Shown in pieces: positions 12,927-25,654 of a stretch of DNA of 64,000 nucleotides; position 1 is the stretch's first letter, and every line of letters begins with the position of its first letter. The stretch is taken from the NCBI RefSeq assembly GCF_006345805.1, contig NC_043020.1, positions 28,768,001-28,832,000 on the forward strand, in the 5' to 3' direction. A model generated the notes under the pieces. It was not told the origin of the DNA. It saw only the letters and a program-made list of their open reading frames with translations, and did no database searches. Origin of the DNA: Octopus sinensis. Its lineage: Eukaryota. Made by a program: the position numbers and the translations under genes.

Positions 12927-13321
12927 TCTCTCTATATATAAAGCTGAAGTTGTCTGTGTATAGCAGGTTTGGTAGCCTTCAACTAGCACTATCTCCTCCG
13001 AGACCCTGTGGCGCAAGTTGACCAAAATTGAGAGTATGATAGAAGAAGGCTTGCTCTTCCTTCTATAGAAGAAAAAATTCAAATCGGACCATGTTAGCAC
13101 CAAAAATTATTTACATCAAAAAGGTGCTATTTTTCTATGAAAATCCTTATTTTTTTTTACGATTCTTTGACAGCTGTGTCGCCATTTTTCGGTGTATTTC
13201 AACCAGAAAAATGTTCACCTAAAGAGAATAACAAGCTACATAATGCAAAATTTTTACTTTTCAAAAATTCCAATTCTAAAGGGTCGAAACAAACCCAAGC
13301 AAAGCCGGGCTACACTGCTAG
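12927..13321 (+). mobile_element. Non-autonomous Helitron, copy 1
   Basis: A|TC 5' end (tctctctatatataaag), subterminal hairpin-like cccaagcaaagccggg, CTAG|T 3' end, no TSD; second copy at 31398-31787. Confidence 0.8.
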
Positions 13322-14531
13322 TATATAATATATTTTTCAACTGTCAATATCTGAAGTTGTCTCCCTTGCTTGTTACTTGCCCTTTGATAATTTCTTTTCT
13401 TAATTACCAAAAACCCAACGAAGATATTCAGAAACTGTGAGACCGTCCTGGTGTTGTATGATTTTCGGTGCGTCAAGTTAAGATTACTCGATTTTTCGTA
13501 ATGGGTCCTGCGTATCGTGTTCTCTTCTCTGAGGAACCAGTTGGGATGACGGCTCGTGTTGGTCGGGACACATGTCACATGGTCATGCAGATGAAGTATT
13601 TCGCTGAGATGGGGGGTGGCCAGGCTGGGGCACGGCTCGGACGGATGCCCGGCACAACAAATGGTGGATGCAAGGACGCGCTGCAACGGTGCATGTCCCC
13701 ATCTTATCTGACCATAATTAGCTCAGTGCAGCTGGACACTGTATACAATAAGTTCATTATATATAACTCTTTCGTGGATATTTCTGCTGTTGGAAACATT
13801 GGAGATATTTTTTTTTACAACAACGACAGCGTCTGCTGCTGTTGTTGTTGTTGTTAAGCAACAAGTAAGGGTGATTAGGTGATGGTCTAGGGCTTAGGGG
13901 TAGGAGACCCCAGACCTTGGAAAAAAAAAAACTTTGGTCGTCTTGTTGTAGTCGAGGGCTCTTCGTTGACGCCCGACACCACTGGGAAGTGGCCCTCAAA
14001 GTCGCTGGAAATGGAGATCTCCAGGTTCAAATTCTTGAACGGCTGCTGCTGCTACTACTACTGCTACTGCTACTACTACTACTACTACAACTGATACTAC
14101 ATAAATACATGTATGTATGTAAAGGGTCGCTAGTAAATAATATTATATACAATAAAATTGTTATGTTTCTGTGCATGTCTATATTGCACATATGTGGATG
14201 GAATGTCTATATCTTGACTGATGTTTACTCATCCCTGTCCCCTGACTTGAAGCAGTTTCTTTCATTTTGCCTCATTTGAAACTTTCATTCGTCCAAGCTT
14301 CTCTCTCCAATTTCTTCCTGCCCTACCACCAAGCTTGTATGTTCTCACTTTTGGCTCTCGCATCTTTAATTCCTTCCTCATTTACTTTCGTTCAGTCCAA
14401 GTAACATATTTCCTCCACCCTTTCTCTCTGCTCAGATTTACACTCCTCATACCAAACCAATTTACCAAACTCTTCTTCTATATTGTAATCAGACTGTTCA
14501 AAATAATAATAATAATAATCATCATCAACAT

Positions 14532-14736
14532 CGTTTAACGTCTGCTTTCCATGCTAGCATAGGTTGGACGATTTTGACTGAGGGCTGGCGAACCAGATGG
14601 CTGCACCAGACTCCAATCTTGATCTGGCAGAGTTTCTACAGCTGGATAAAGATTAGAGCCTGGTGCAGCCATCTGGTTCGCCAGCCCTCAGTCAAATCGT
14701 TCAACCCATGCTAGCATGGAAAGCGGACGTTAAACG
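14532..14736. repeat. Fold-back: 82/81-bp inverted repeat with a 42-nt loop, formed from two family C ends
   Basis: Arms 14532-14613 and 14656-14736 differ by 4 substitutions and 1 indel. Confidence 0.95.
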
Positions 14737-15010
14737 AATGAAATTATTGTGCATAGTGCTCAGGTGCACTACAACTCATCAAAGGTGGATGTACAGTCCA
14801 TAGAATTATGTGCAAAACTCAGGTAGGTGAACAGTGTATGAGTCATGATATACATGTGTGCATGCGTATGGAGGGCAGGGAACATCAGGTGTAGTGTTGG
14901 CGAATTTCAGGAAGCATGGAGATTTTAAAGGATGAGATGTCTCGGCAGTTAACAATTGATGCAGGCAGTTTGTTCCAGGCTTCTTATTTGTAACACTTCC
15001 ATGTTGGAAC
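14737..15010 (-). mobile_element. CR1/L2-type LINE 3' end
   Basis: EAWNKLPASIVNCRDISSFKISMLPEIRQHYT* followed by a 3' UTR; homologous copies at 17252-17510 and short tails at ~34210 and ~13738. Confidence 0.7.
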
Positions 15011-15096
15011 AAATAAATTGGTTGATATAATTCCATCTTTGTAAATCTAGAGGCAAAGCAAAAGTCAAGCACTCGGACACTTTTTAAAAAATGTAC

Positions 15097-15102
15097 TTTA
15101 TT
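15097..15102 (-). other. Candidate polyadenylation signal (AATAAA) for the OTULIN-family gene, implying a ~1.7-kb 3' UTR
   Basis: AATAAA on the minus strand at the end of the mostly unique sequence downstream of the stop, just before repeats resume. Other AATAAA hexamers exist, so this is tentative. Confidence 0.35.
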
Positions 15103-16769
15103 TATATTTGAATAAATGAAGCAACAACCCCTTTTCAGATAAATAAACTAAACTGGTGTGCTTTTGATTCTTGCACACAGAATAGTAGATGTCATGTTCA
15201 TATAGGAATGTTCTAGACAGACCATAGTTCTTACACTACAGTAACCAACAAGTTCAACACATCTTTGTCCCAAATGTATTTCAACAAGGAGAGGCACAGT
15301 GGTTGAGACAGTTAATAAACAAAATGTTTTAGATGTATATATATAAAAAGGGGAAGCAGGAAGATATTTACAGTTGCTACTGAGTAGCACCACACACACG
15401 CGCACACACACACACGGACACACACACACATGCTGTATTTAAATGCATCCAGCTTTTATCTAGTGTCTGGAGGCTAGATTTTGCTGTTTTTTGTGGGGTG
15501 GATGGGATGGAATTGCAAACTAGATTGACTAAAAACCTTGAAGTTACATTTGCCTATTTTTCATTTTTTTCTAGATTGTCTCAAATTAAATTAAATGCAA
15601 ATGTGACCAAATTCCGTCAAGCAATAATTAAGCAGAATAAAAGATCTGATTTACTACAAAACTAATTGTAAAGTCACTGCTGAAGAATCTAACCAAAAGT
15701 TGTTACATTTAAGGAAAATTTGCTTAGGTGCAATCCCCTTCATTTGTCAATGAAACAGGACCCTGCCTTTAAAAGTTCTGCTTGATCCCGACTAAATTCA
15801 TGTCAACTATATACGAAAAATTATCAAAAATATAAATAAGGTTAACAGTGACATCTAAAGAATTATATATCGAGCAAAATTTGACATCTTGAAGGTGTTT
15901 CTTAGATCAGAAGAAACGGTCCTATTTTAAATGAAACATTTAAAATGCACAGATGTATTTATGATTTTTGTGTTAACTTTTACGCATCTTGTCCTTAAAA
16001 TAGATTTCCCCACAAGTAACCCAAACTGAATAGTGATAAGCTTGTAGCCAAGTACTACAAATAGTCCTTGAAAACAGGAAAAAAGTTTTATAATCTCTGG
16101 CAACAAGAGCATTCAATTATACCAGTGGTCTACCAATGATCTACCAATGACCTATACATTGGCCTTTCCCAAGATACTTCAGCAACAGAAACTAAAAAGT
16201 TTCTAACAAGATACTGAACCATTTATGTCAACAGTGTTCACTACAGTTTTAACAGATATAGACATGGGGAATAGGTATTAATAGGGTCTTTGCTTGGTGC
16301 CTCCTTTCCTTTGCATTGCATGTAATTTGAAACCAATTCCACCGATTCCTCCATCTTCACAGTTGTGATTTTAAACAGAAAAGATAAAAAAAAAGAAAAA
16401 TTGGCAAAGAAAATTAAATAAATAAATAAAAGCTAAAGTTTCACAGCCATATTGTTTAAGGTGGGTTCCGTTTCTGGGTGGTGGTCATACGATATAGTGT
16501 CTACGTGTAGCTTGGTCTTGTTATCTTCATCCAAAAATCCACTTGTAAAGTAATGTTTTATAATCCACTGGTCAGCTAGCAGCGTATGGTAGAGCAGCTT
16601 GTACAGGTGACTGATGTGAATAGCTGTTCTTCCCTCCACAGGTAAAGGTGGGCAGTAGATTCCCAGCTGATGAACAAGATGCTAGCTTCTCTTCTCAGAT
16701 CATCATCATCAGCAGAGAAGAGAGATAAAGACAGAGAATTAGAAATGTAATCATAGAACTGTCCTCTTC

Positions 16770-16949
16770 TCAGTTGTCTTTTAAGATAATGTTGTAATGT
16801 CTATCGTCTTCGGTAATGAGAAAGACCTCGTTCCAATTTTGGTTCGGTAAATCAGGAAATCCATGTATAAAGTCATCTCTACCATATCGATATAGACGAG
16901 GCACCGTTATTTTTACACCGAGCGCATGTCCTAAGAGGCACATATCAAT
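16770..16949 (-). CDS. OTULIN: OTULIN-family terminal exon with catalytic His/Asn (IDMCLLGHALGVKITVPRLY...ITEDDRHYNIILKDN*)
   Basis: EDDRHYN matches the OTULIN His339/Asn341 motif (His codon 16799-16797, Asn 16793-16791). Acceptor ccgtttcag, TGA at 16772-16770. Confidence 0.95.
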   Translation of the reverse strand: MDMCLLGHALGVKITVPRLYRYGRDDFIHGFPDLPNQNWNEVFLITEDDRHYNIILKDN

Positions 16950-17251
16950 CTGAAACGGAAAAAAAAAACATAACAATTAATAATCAACTTTCATTTTAAG
17001 GCCATCAAAAAATTCTTCATTCAAACATTTTAAATAATAAACAAGAATTAAAGCAGTTTACCAGATGGAATAAATTTTCTGTGATGAAGAGGTGACTGAC
17101 GTTTCAGGCAAGAAAAGCCCTGTTTCAAAAGTTACACCTCTCCTCTTCCTCACACTACGGTGACCAATTCTACTTTGTGAGTTTCTTATATTTACAATTG
17201 GCTTAATGTAGGTTAGTCCACATTACTCCTGAAGGAGCTTAGGCCAGTTTC

Positions 17252-17510
17252 AAATAATAATAATAATAATGAAATTATTGTCTACAGTGCTCAGGTGCAC
17301 CACAACTTGTCAGAAGTGCATATAAAGCATATGCAGTAATGTACAAATGTCTGGAAAGTGAACAGTGTATGAGTCAGAATCATGCTTGTGTGTGTATGAA
17401 GGGGAGAAAATCAGGTGCAGTGTTAGCGAATCTCAGGAAGCAGTGATCCGACAACTAACAACCGATGCCGGCAGTTTGTTCCATGCTTCAGCAACTCTTA
17501 GCATGAAAAA
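17252..17510 (-). mobile_element. CR1/L2-type LINE 3' end
   Basis: RVAEAWNKLPASVVSC motif, 3' UTR and (ATT)n tail. Confidence 0.7.
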
Positions 17511-17551
17511 ATGCTAAAAAAATCAAATCCTCATTTCCAAAGGACGCTTAC

Positions 17552-17818
17552 CTGTTCTAAGCCGCCAGAATCTCCGACTGCATTCAGGATGTTTTTCAAC
17601 AGTTTTGCAGGAGTGTCAGATGTATCCCGAGAAAAAATATAATGGACGAACAACGGATAATCTTCGGCTTGTTGGTTTTTATAAACGTCAATTATATCAA
17701 GCAACATAAGCAATTTGGCAGCTTCCATTATTTTTATATCAACAATTGGTTCTCTGTTTAAGAGGTCCTCCACCCAGTCTTCTCTCTCTGTCTTGTCCAT
17801 CTCTAAAGCTAAGTTATG
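17552..17818 (-). CDS. OTULIN: OTULIN-family exon (HNLALE...MEAAKLLML...IFSRDTSDTPAKLLKNILNAVGDSGGLEQ)
   Basis: Matches OTULIN YEAVKFLML...[29 protein letters not shown]. Acceptor ttttatttcag, donor CAG|gtaagc; 89 codons. Confidence 0.95.
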
Positions 17819-18364
17819 CTGAAATAAAAGAAAGAAAGAAAAATTTGATTTATCCGCCGAGAAACAATAAGAAATAACTATCAAGGTGTAGCTGTGTGGT
17901 TAAGAAGCTTGCTTCCCAACCATCTGGTCTTAGGTTCAGGCCCACTGTGTGACACCTCAGGCAATTGTCTTTTACTATAGCATTGAGTTGATTAAAGTCT
18001 TGTGGATTTGGGAAATGGAAACTGAAAGTAGCCTGTTGTTTGTTTGTTTGTACTTATAAATATATAAATAATTAAATATACATATCTCAATACATCTGAC
18101 TAATATGGGCATAATGAGATACTCTTATCTACAGGCTGAAACAGCTGTAAGATCCATTTTATATGTATTATTCTTATGGTATTATCTTACTTATTGATGT
18201 ATATTGTTTTATTCTGTTTTATTCTGTTGGATTTGGATGTTCCTATTTAATCTAAATAATTAGTTAATAAATTATATGAATTGGTATTATCTGGTAGTTG
18301 ATAATTGAAAGAAATCTATTCTTCCATTTTCTTATTTTGTATAAATAATTAAATATATATACCT

Positions 18365-18448
<84 letters not shown>

Positions 18449-19761
18449 CATGTGTGTATGTATTTGTGTGTACCCTTGTCTTGATATTACATAAAGGTTG
18501 TAGATGAGCATGACCATCATACAAGTAATGTTCTGTGCAAAACATGTCTGGCCATAGGAAATATCCCCTTGATGAGGAACAAATAAGGGTTAGTGAAGGT
18601 TGAGGAGGATGAGGTGTCTGTATTCTGACCTACAGACGCATGTAGCCTGAAAGCTCAAATATTGTTAAATGACAGATAAGTGCAAATGTAAAACGTCCTG
18701 ATGTACAATCCCACTTACTGTACAATCCCACTTACTGTATTGTATTACAAGAAACTATTTCAACAACTTTTAAAAGTTGAAACTGATAGGAATACGATCC
18801 AAACACCGAAATAGTAGTAATTCTTTTAGTATATCTTCATAACAACAAGTATTCTCCATCAAGTTACAGTGTTTAATAATACTATATCTTGCTCTAGTGT
18901 AGTAAAAAAAAACCAATCTATGTACATTTTCTAAGTATTGACTTTTTAGCGCTCATTACTGAAGGTAGAACAGTCACAAGCAAAGGACTATAAAGATTTT
19001 TTTCTTCATATGTAAAAAGACAATTTTGTGCCTCACAGTCATCTTAGCTGTCTAGACACAGTGTTGATATTTGAGGCCAGTGTGCAAGGAAGTTTACCTT
19101 CAGACTTCATAATCACATTCAGAAGCCAACACTGGTTTAAGCCTTTGTGTGTCCTGTCAATCCCATGTGATACAGAAGACATATCAACCTGAGTGAGGTC
19201 ATTGCCAGTACTGCCTGACTGGCCCCTGTGCCGGTGGCATGTAAAAAGCACCCACTACACTCTTGCAGTGGCTGGCATTAGGAAGGGCATCCAGCTGTAG
19301 AAACTCTGACAGATCAAGACTGGAGCCTGGTGCAGCCATCTGGTTCGCCAGCCCTCAGTCAAAATCGTCCAACCTATGCTAGCATGGAAAGCGGACGTTA
19401 AACGATGATGACGATGATGATGATGATCCATGCATCATCTATGATATAAATTTCCAACTGTGTCTGTCTTGTCTACCACATGTGATATAATAGAGGTCAC
19501 ATTACCCTGATGGCCATGCATCATATTTGATTTTTTTTTCAGCCATCAGAGTAACTTGGGAAGCTTTATTTTACTCAGAACATAAGGAAACAAGGGCGAA
19601 CTAAAAATCTGTAAACAAGCATGGATGTTTGGGACAAACTTATGAAAATTCATTGGACAGGGAAAAGGTTCAACAAACTTAACAAGCCATGGAGAGGAAA
19701 CTCAGAGTAAGACATGAAGGAAGGGAAAACTGTGGATGGAGTTTATTTTAAAAAGATTTAA

Positions 19762-19981
19762 CCCTTCAGCATTCAGATTATTCTGTTAAATGTAAAGCTT
19801 ATTTATTCCTGTTATATTGAATTAGTCATGCAGTATCTTGTAGCTCTGAGATTCAGATGACATGATTGTTTATTTCTAGAATGACATTGCAGGGTAGGTG
19901 TGAGAGGCCAGATCTGGCCAGGCTGAGCATAAAAGAGGGAGAATGTTTTGGCTGGATTTGGTTGGTTTAAATGCTAAAGGG
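19762..19981. mobile_element. Second piggyBac-type MITE family (220 bp); partial copy at ~62431-62581
   Basis: TTAA|CCCTTCAGCATT ... AATGCTAAAGGG|CTAA; the 3' half recurs at 62.4-62.6 kb ending GGG|TTAA. Confidence 0.75.
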
Positions 19982-20268
19982 CTAAAGATGTTTGCTGATG
20001 AAGAATGTGGTTCTCTTTCAGCAGAGAACACAAAATAACTGAATCCGGTTTCAGTTGGAAACTGACTGACCAAAATGTGGACAATGATGTTAGGTGTCAA
20101 GATGGACATATAATGGCCTTTAGAGGTCAACAAATGAAGTAGAGAGAGAGAGAGAGAGGAGGTTTGTAAGAGGGTCTGCGTCAGTTTAGTAGACTTCGAT
20201 GGAAAATGACAGAAAACTGAAAAGCTTTTCTTTCTTAAGCACCGAAACTCATATTTTAGTTATGTATA

Positions 20269-20668
20269 GGCGCAGGAGTGGCTGTGGGGTAAGTAGCTTG
20301 TTTACCAACCACATGGTTCCGGGTTCAGTCCCACTGCGTGGCACCTTGGGCAAGTGTCTTCTACTATAGCCTCGGGCCGACCAAAGCCTTGTGAGTGGAT
20401 TTGGTAGACGGAAACTGAAAGAAGCCTGTCATATATATATATATATGCGTGTGTGTGTTTGTGTGTCTGTATTTGTCCCCCTAGCATTGCTTGACAACCG
20501 ATGCTGGTGTGTTTATGTCCCCGTTACTTAGCGGTTCGGCATAAGAGACCGATAAAATAAGTACTGGGCTTACAAAAGAATAAGTCCCGGGGTCGATTTG
20601 CTCGATTAAAGGCGGTGCTCCAGCATGGCCGCAGTCAAATGACTGAAACAAGTAAAAGAGTAAAAGAG
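20269..20668 (+). mobile_element. SINE family A, full length
   Basis: ggcgcaggagtggctgtg..gtaag A box, ggttcagtccc B box, gtaaaaga-repeat tail. Confidence 0.85.
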
Positions 20669-20693
20669 AGTATAGAGATAAAAATCAAGGTAC

Positions 20694-20816
20694 CTGTGAG
20701 TAAAATTCATCAATACAGGAGAAGAGCATTTCTTTCACATCAGTGAAGTTTAAGCGTCTGGCAAATGACCACCTTTTTAGTTCCCATTCCGGTTCCTCCA
20801 AATATTGGTTTAGAAG
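20694..20816 (-). CDS. OTULIN: OTULIN-family exon (LLNQYLEEPEWELKRWSFARRLNFTDVKEMLFSCIDEFYSQ)
   Basis: 41 open codons. Acceptor tttatttttctag, donor CAG|gtacct; phase 0 to 0. Occupies the position of OTULIN LPEKLISKYNWIKQW... Confidence 0.85.
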
Positions 20817-22109
20817 CTAGAAAAATAAAGACATTATTTAGATGAATGTCAGAGAAAATATCAAGGCTTCAAATCTTTGCATTATTTAAATCCAACTGAA
20901 AGGAAAATTAGCAACAATTATTTTAACAAAAGACATTTTATTGAAAGGACATTCAGAGGTAAAACGTTTACTCCAAGAATCTATGTGAATATTCTAATCT
21001 GTAGTCCTGGTAAACCCATAGCATCATGGGGAAATGGTAAGGTTATTTTTTTAAAATGTAGCAGAACTGTTTAAAAGATTCATTTGATTGTAATATGAGA
21101 CATCTTGTCAATTTGGCTGTTTTAACCTTAAATACTAGAAAATCGGTTCACCAGAGCTTTTTTTAGCATCAAGTCACATGACCCAGTCGTTGGCCAAATT
21201 AGTTGCAGCTGTTGGTCAGTTTTAATTGTCCAATCATGTGTTTGCAACAGAAGTTGTTCTCAATGAAGGGAAAAAAATCATTTTTGCCTGTGGAGCCAAC
21301 CCGTGGTTATAAAAACAGGAGTTTCTCCCATTCTTTGTCTTTGGATCAGCCACTGATGACCAGAAATCCAGCCAGTCTCACAGCTTTCTTCAACCAGTCA
21401 TCACCCGTCTTCCCCATTGCAGCAACAGACAGCAGACCACAGCCCCATCATCAGACCCAGCAGAACAGAAACAAACATCTGAATGTTTGTTCCAGGCTGT
21501 TGTATCAACACCATTCCCTTTGGCAATCTTCTATTATTATAATGAGAGGAATAAATTGTTGCCTTTTCAGCTTATACAAATCATTTCCTTATTCTTTCCA
21601 CACCATGTAATTATAAATGGTGACCCATGAACCCTTCTCATTATAATAATATTAATTGAATAAAGAAATATATTTCCTAAACAGAGGTTGAGCTTTTCGA
21701 AGAATTTTTAGTAAAATGAGAAACAAAACAAGTTTTTGTTATCCAGAATCATGCTTTAAGAAGGTCACATCTGGCAATACTAAGGAAGTGACAATGGCAT
21801 TCTATAAAACTTTCCAAGAATGCAAGTAAGAGAGAAAAAAAACAACACATTAAAATGACTTTTGAAATGTTAAACTTTTTAGCTTTGTGTAAATGTAACA
21901 GGTTTACTATGCTTGATGACATATAACTTGCAGTTTTTTTTCCCCACCGAAAATGTCTTTAAAAAAAGATATTCACCCTGGGTCCTTTATGTGAAGTTGA
22001 GCTTATAATTACTTGCTTTGATGCACTAAAAACCATTTGTTTGTTCCCTGAATATGCACCGTTGAAATTTGGTGTGCAGCTGATATGTCCCTGCATCTTT
22101 CATGTCATC

Positions 22110-22151
<42 letters not shown>

Positions 22152-23401
22152 ACCGACCAGACCATCAGATGTTGCTACACATCGCTGGTCACAATGCGCT
22201 TTGCATTGTTTTAGCCTTCAATGATGCCACCCCGCTGGCTAAGCAAGCAGGCCAACAGAAGAAAGAGTGAGAGAAAGATGCAGCGAAAGAGTACAGCAGG
22301 GATCACCACCCCCTGCCAGAGCCTCGTGGAGCTTTTAGGTGTTTTCGCTCAATAAACGACTCGCAACGCCCGGTCTGGGAATTGAAACCGTGATCCTACA
22401 ACTGCGAGTCCACTGCCCTAACCACTGGGCCATTGCGTGTAAATGTTTTTTGTGCTTAAAACTTGAGGGAAGCATTTGAGTGGTTGAAAGCTGCAACCCT
22501 TTATGGATTAACAGAATTAGACTTCATGAGGAAAGAGAAATGTCAAAACTTAACCACAAAAGAGAATTGGAATTATGGGGGAATACATTCAGTCTTAATA
22601 AGATAATGCAGGTCTCATACTTTAGTATTTAACAATTCTTTCTAATTTTGGCACAAGGCCAGTAATTTAGAGGAGGGGGTTAGTTGACTGCGTTGACCCC
22701 AGTACTTCACTGGTACTTTACTAACCCAGTTCCATGTAAAAAGCACTGGTGCTGGTGTTGCATAAAAAGCACCCACTGGACTCTGTAAAGTGGTTGGCGT
22801 TAGGAAGGGCATCCAGCTGTAGAAACCATATCAGAACAGATGAATGGAACCTGGGGCAGCTCCTGTCAAACCATCCAACCCATGCCAGCGTTGAAAACGG
22901 ATGTTAATTAATGATGATGAAGAAATGAAAAGCAAAGTTTACCCTGGCAGAATTTGAACTCAGAATGTAAGGAGTCGAAGAAATACAACTAGGCATTTGT
23001 CCAATGTTGCAACAAGTCTGTTATCTTGCCTCCTTTACACAATTCCTCTAATTAATAACAAAAGTTATTTATATGTACAACATTCTAAAATACAACCATG
23101 ACATCAAACCAGCCTTCCCCTCTCTCTCTCTCTCTTTCTACACACACACACACAAATACCAGCAATATCACCAGGCTCATTAATCACAAAACCTGGGCTG
23201 TACGTCACTAAAGATAAAACAGCAAATGTTAAGGTTAGATTAAACTTTGCCTATCTATGCCGTGGCCATCACCAATCTGATTATTGTCTGTGAGGCTATT
23301 TAGAAGCCATTGGTTTGCTCAGGCCAGACTAAGTGGGGAAAGACAGAAGGAGAACTTCAGAAACCAAACTGCAGCTGAGATTATAGCAAATATTCTCTTA
23401 C

Positions 23402-23554
23402 ATTCTTTACGATTTCTGCTGTGGCAAATTCCTGTTTCATTGCAATTCCGTTTATTAACACCTGAACAATACAGGAACGAATTCCGCAGTAGTTATCTCC
23501 ACGCATAACTCGTATGTAGTTGCATTCGAAAGTCTGTTGTACTTGATTATAAGC
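23402..23554 (-). CDS. OTULIN: OTULIN-family exon with catalytic Cys (AYNQVQQTFECNYIRVMRGDNYCGIRSCIVQ...)
   Basis: RGDNYC matches the OTULIN Cys129 motif (IRRVRGDNYCALR); Cys codon 23488-23486. Acceptor tttttcag, donor AAT|gtaaga; 51 codons, phase 0 to 0. Not in the ORF track. Confidence 0.93.
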
Positions 23555-23711
23555 CTGAAAAACAGAGAGAGTGAAAGTTTATGAAGTAAAAATTACACAA
23601 GTTTAATAGCTTCATTAAAGTATGAAAAGTTAAAACTTGTTCCTTTATAGACAGATTTATGTATTTAGATATAGACTATTTAGATACAGCGAAATCGAAT
23701 TGAACCAGCCA

Positions 23712-24046
23712 GGATCCCTGGTCTGGTGGTACGTAAAAAGCACTATCCGACTCGTGGCCGATGCCAGCGCCGCCTCGACTGGCTTCCATGCCGGTGGCAC
23801 ATAAAATACACCAATCCGACCGTGGCCGTTGCCAGCCTCACGTGGCACCTGTGCAAGTGGCACGTAAAAAGCACCCACTACACTCACCGAGTGGTTGGCG
23901 TTAGGAAGGGTATCCAGCTGTAGAAACATTGCCAGATAAGACTGGAGCCTGGTGCAGCCTTCTGGCTTCTCACATCCCCGGTCGAACTGTCCAACCCATG
24001 CTAGCATGGAGAACGGACTTTGAACGATGATGATGATGATGATGAC
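23712..24046 (+). mobile_element. Family C retroposon
   Basis: Long copy with a (GAT)n tail. Confidence 0.8.
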
Positions 24047-25037
24047 TGTCTTAGATATATTGTGATTATGTTTCACTTCTGCTTCTCATAAATTCTATAA
24101 ATCTTCAGACAGAATGTATGTTTTTAATGCCTCTTGAGACCATTAAATTGAACAGTACTGCACAGGTGTCAAAACCATAATGATATCCATTAGGCTGCTG
24201 AAGATGGGTGCACATGTATGATGTGCTTGTAGACAGAATCTTTTGTATCTTGTGTCCTTGTGATTTTAAGTCGTCCTTCATTGAAATTTTAGTTCTTGTA
24301 ATGTTAAACTTGTGTAGAGGAGTCTTGGTTTCTTAGCTTACAGTGGTTTAGGAGTTTCCAGTCTATGAAGGTTTTGTTGCATGTAATAGAGTTATAAATA
24401 TTTAGATATAACACCCACTTAAAATTTGCATGAAATGTTTAAATAATAAGATACATTATAGCCTTGAATATTGTGATGTAATAGGGCCTTAAATAAGAAG
24501 ATATCGTTAGTCTTAAATAAGCTAGTCTGAAATATGTAGCTGTAATAATTTCTATGGTCAGGTGTTCTCCCTGTCAGCAACCTTCACCTGTTTCTAAGCA
24601 AGGTAATATTTTTGGCAGCAAAGCCTCCCCTGAAATTGCTGGCCTTGTGCCAAAATTTGAAACCAATATTTTTGGCAGCAGTCAGTTACAAATTGCAAAT
24701 TCTTTTGCAATTGTAAACATCTACATCTTGAACAGTCACATGATTTAATCCTAGTGTTTCATTGGCTGGAATTTGCTGCTTAGTGAACCATTCCAAAACC
24801 TATTTCTGATCAGTTGAGAACATGTGGGGCAAAATGGCTATTTGAGCTATTTTGCTTTTGTATGGAAAGAATCTAACACCTTGGCAGAAAGTAGCAGTTA
24901 GCAGCAGACAGGATAGTACGAGGCAGAAAGGAACTCGTCAGAAGAAAACCTCTTTACAGATTCCTCCACAAACCACTGAAGGACGGCTGTGCTTCAAACT
25001 AACTTTGCATGTCACTAAGTTTCTGTTCAAATATCAA

Positions 25038-25439
25038 CAGGAGTGGCTGTGTGGTAAGTAGCTTGCTAACCAACCACATGGTTCCGGGTTCAGTCCCACT
25101 GCGTGGCACCTTGGGCAAGTGTCTTCTGCTATAGTCCCGGGCCGACCAATGCCTTGTGAGTGGATTTGGTAGACAGAAACTGAAAGAAGCCTGTCGTATA
25201 TATGTATATATGAGTGAGTGTGTGTGTGTTTGTGTGTCTGTGTTTGTCCCCCTAGCATTGCTTGACAACCGATGCTGGTGTGTTTACGTCCCCGTCACTT
25301 AGCGGTTTGGCAAAAGAGACCGATTGAATAAGTACTGGGGTTACAAAGAATAAGTCCTGGAGTCGATTTGCTCGACTAAAGGCGGTGCTCCAGCATGGCC
25401 GCAGTCAAATGACTGAAACAAGTAAAAGAGTAAAAGAGT
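25038..25439 (+). mobile_element. SINE family A, full length
   Basis: Near-identical to 20269-20668. Confidence 0.85.
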
Positions 25440-25544
25440 ATCCGTTAAAGAATCAGCCAAAGCGGTGAAGAAAATGAAGAGTCGTTATTGTTGATTCTGC
25501 CAGCTCACCGCCTTAATAATAATAACAACAACATAAATACTTAC

Positions 25545-25654
25545 ATCGAGATATCTTTGAGCTTCTGGAGTTTCCCCACACCATTGACTTTTGGCATACT
25601 CTTGGATATTTTTTCGGGGACCTACGTTTATGATGATTGTATCATCTGCTGTTC
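25545..25654 (-). CDS. OTULIN: OTULIN-family exon, start of OTU domain (TADDTIIINVGPRKNIQEYAKSQWCGETPEAQRYLD)
   Basis: Aligns by eye to human OTULIN [21 protein letters not shown] and FAM105A EWKGETP. Acceptor ttttacag, donor GAT|gtaagt; phase 1 to 0. Confidence 0.9.

Noticed and set aside
18702-18735. Perfect 17-bp tandem duplication (also 19 bp near 36103 and 11 bp near 16130)
   Set aside because: Ordinary slippage or repair duplications with no intervening element.
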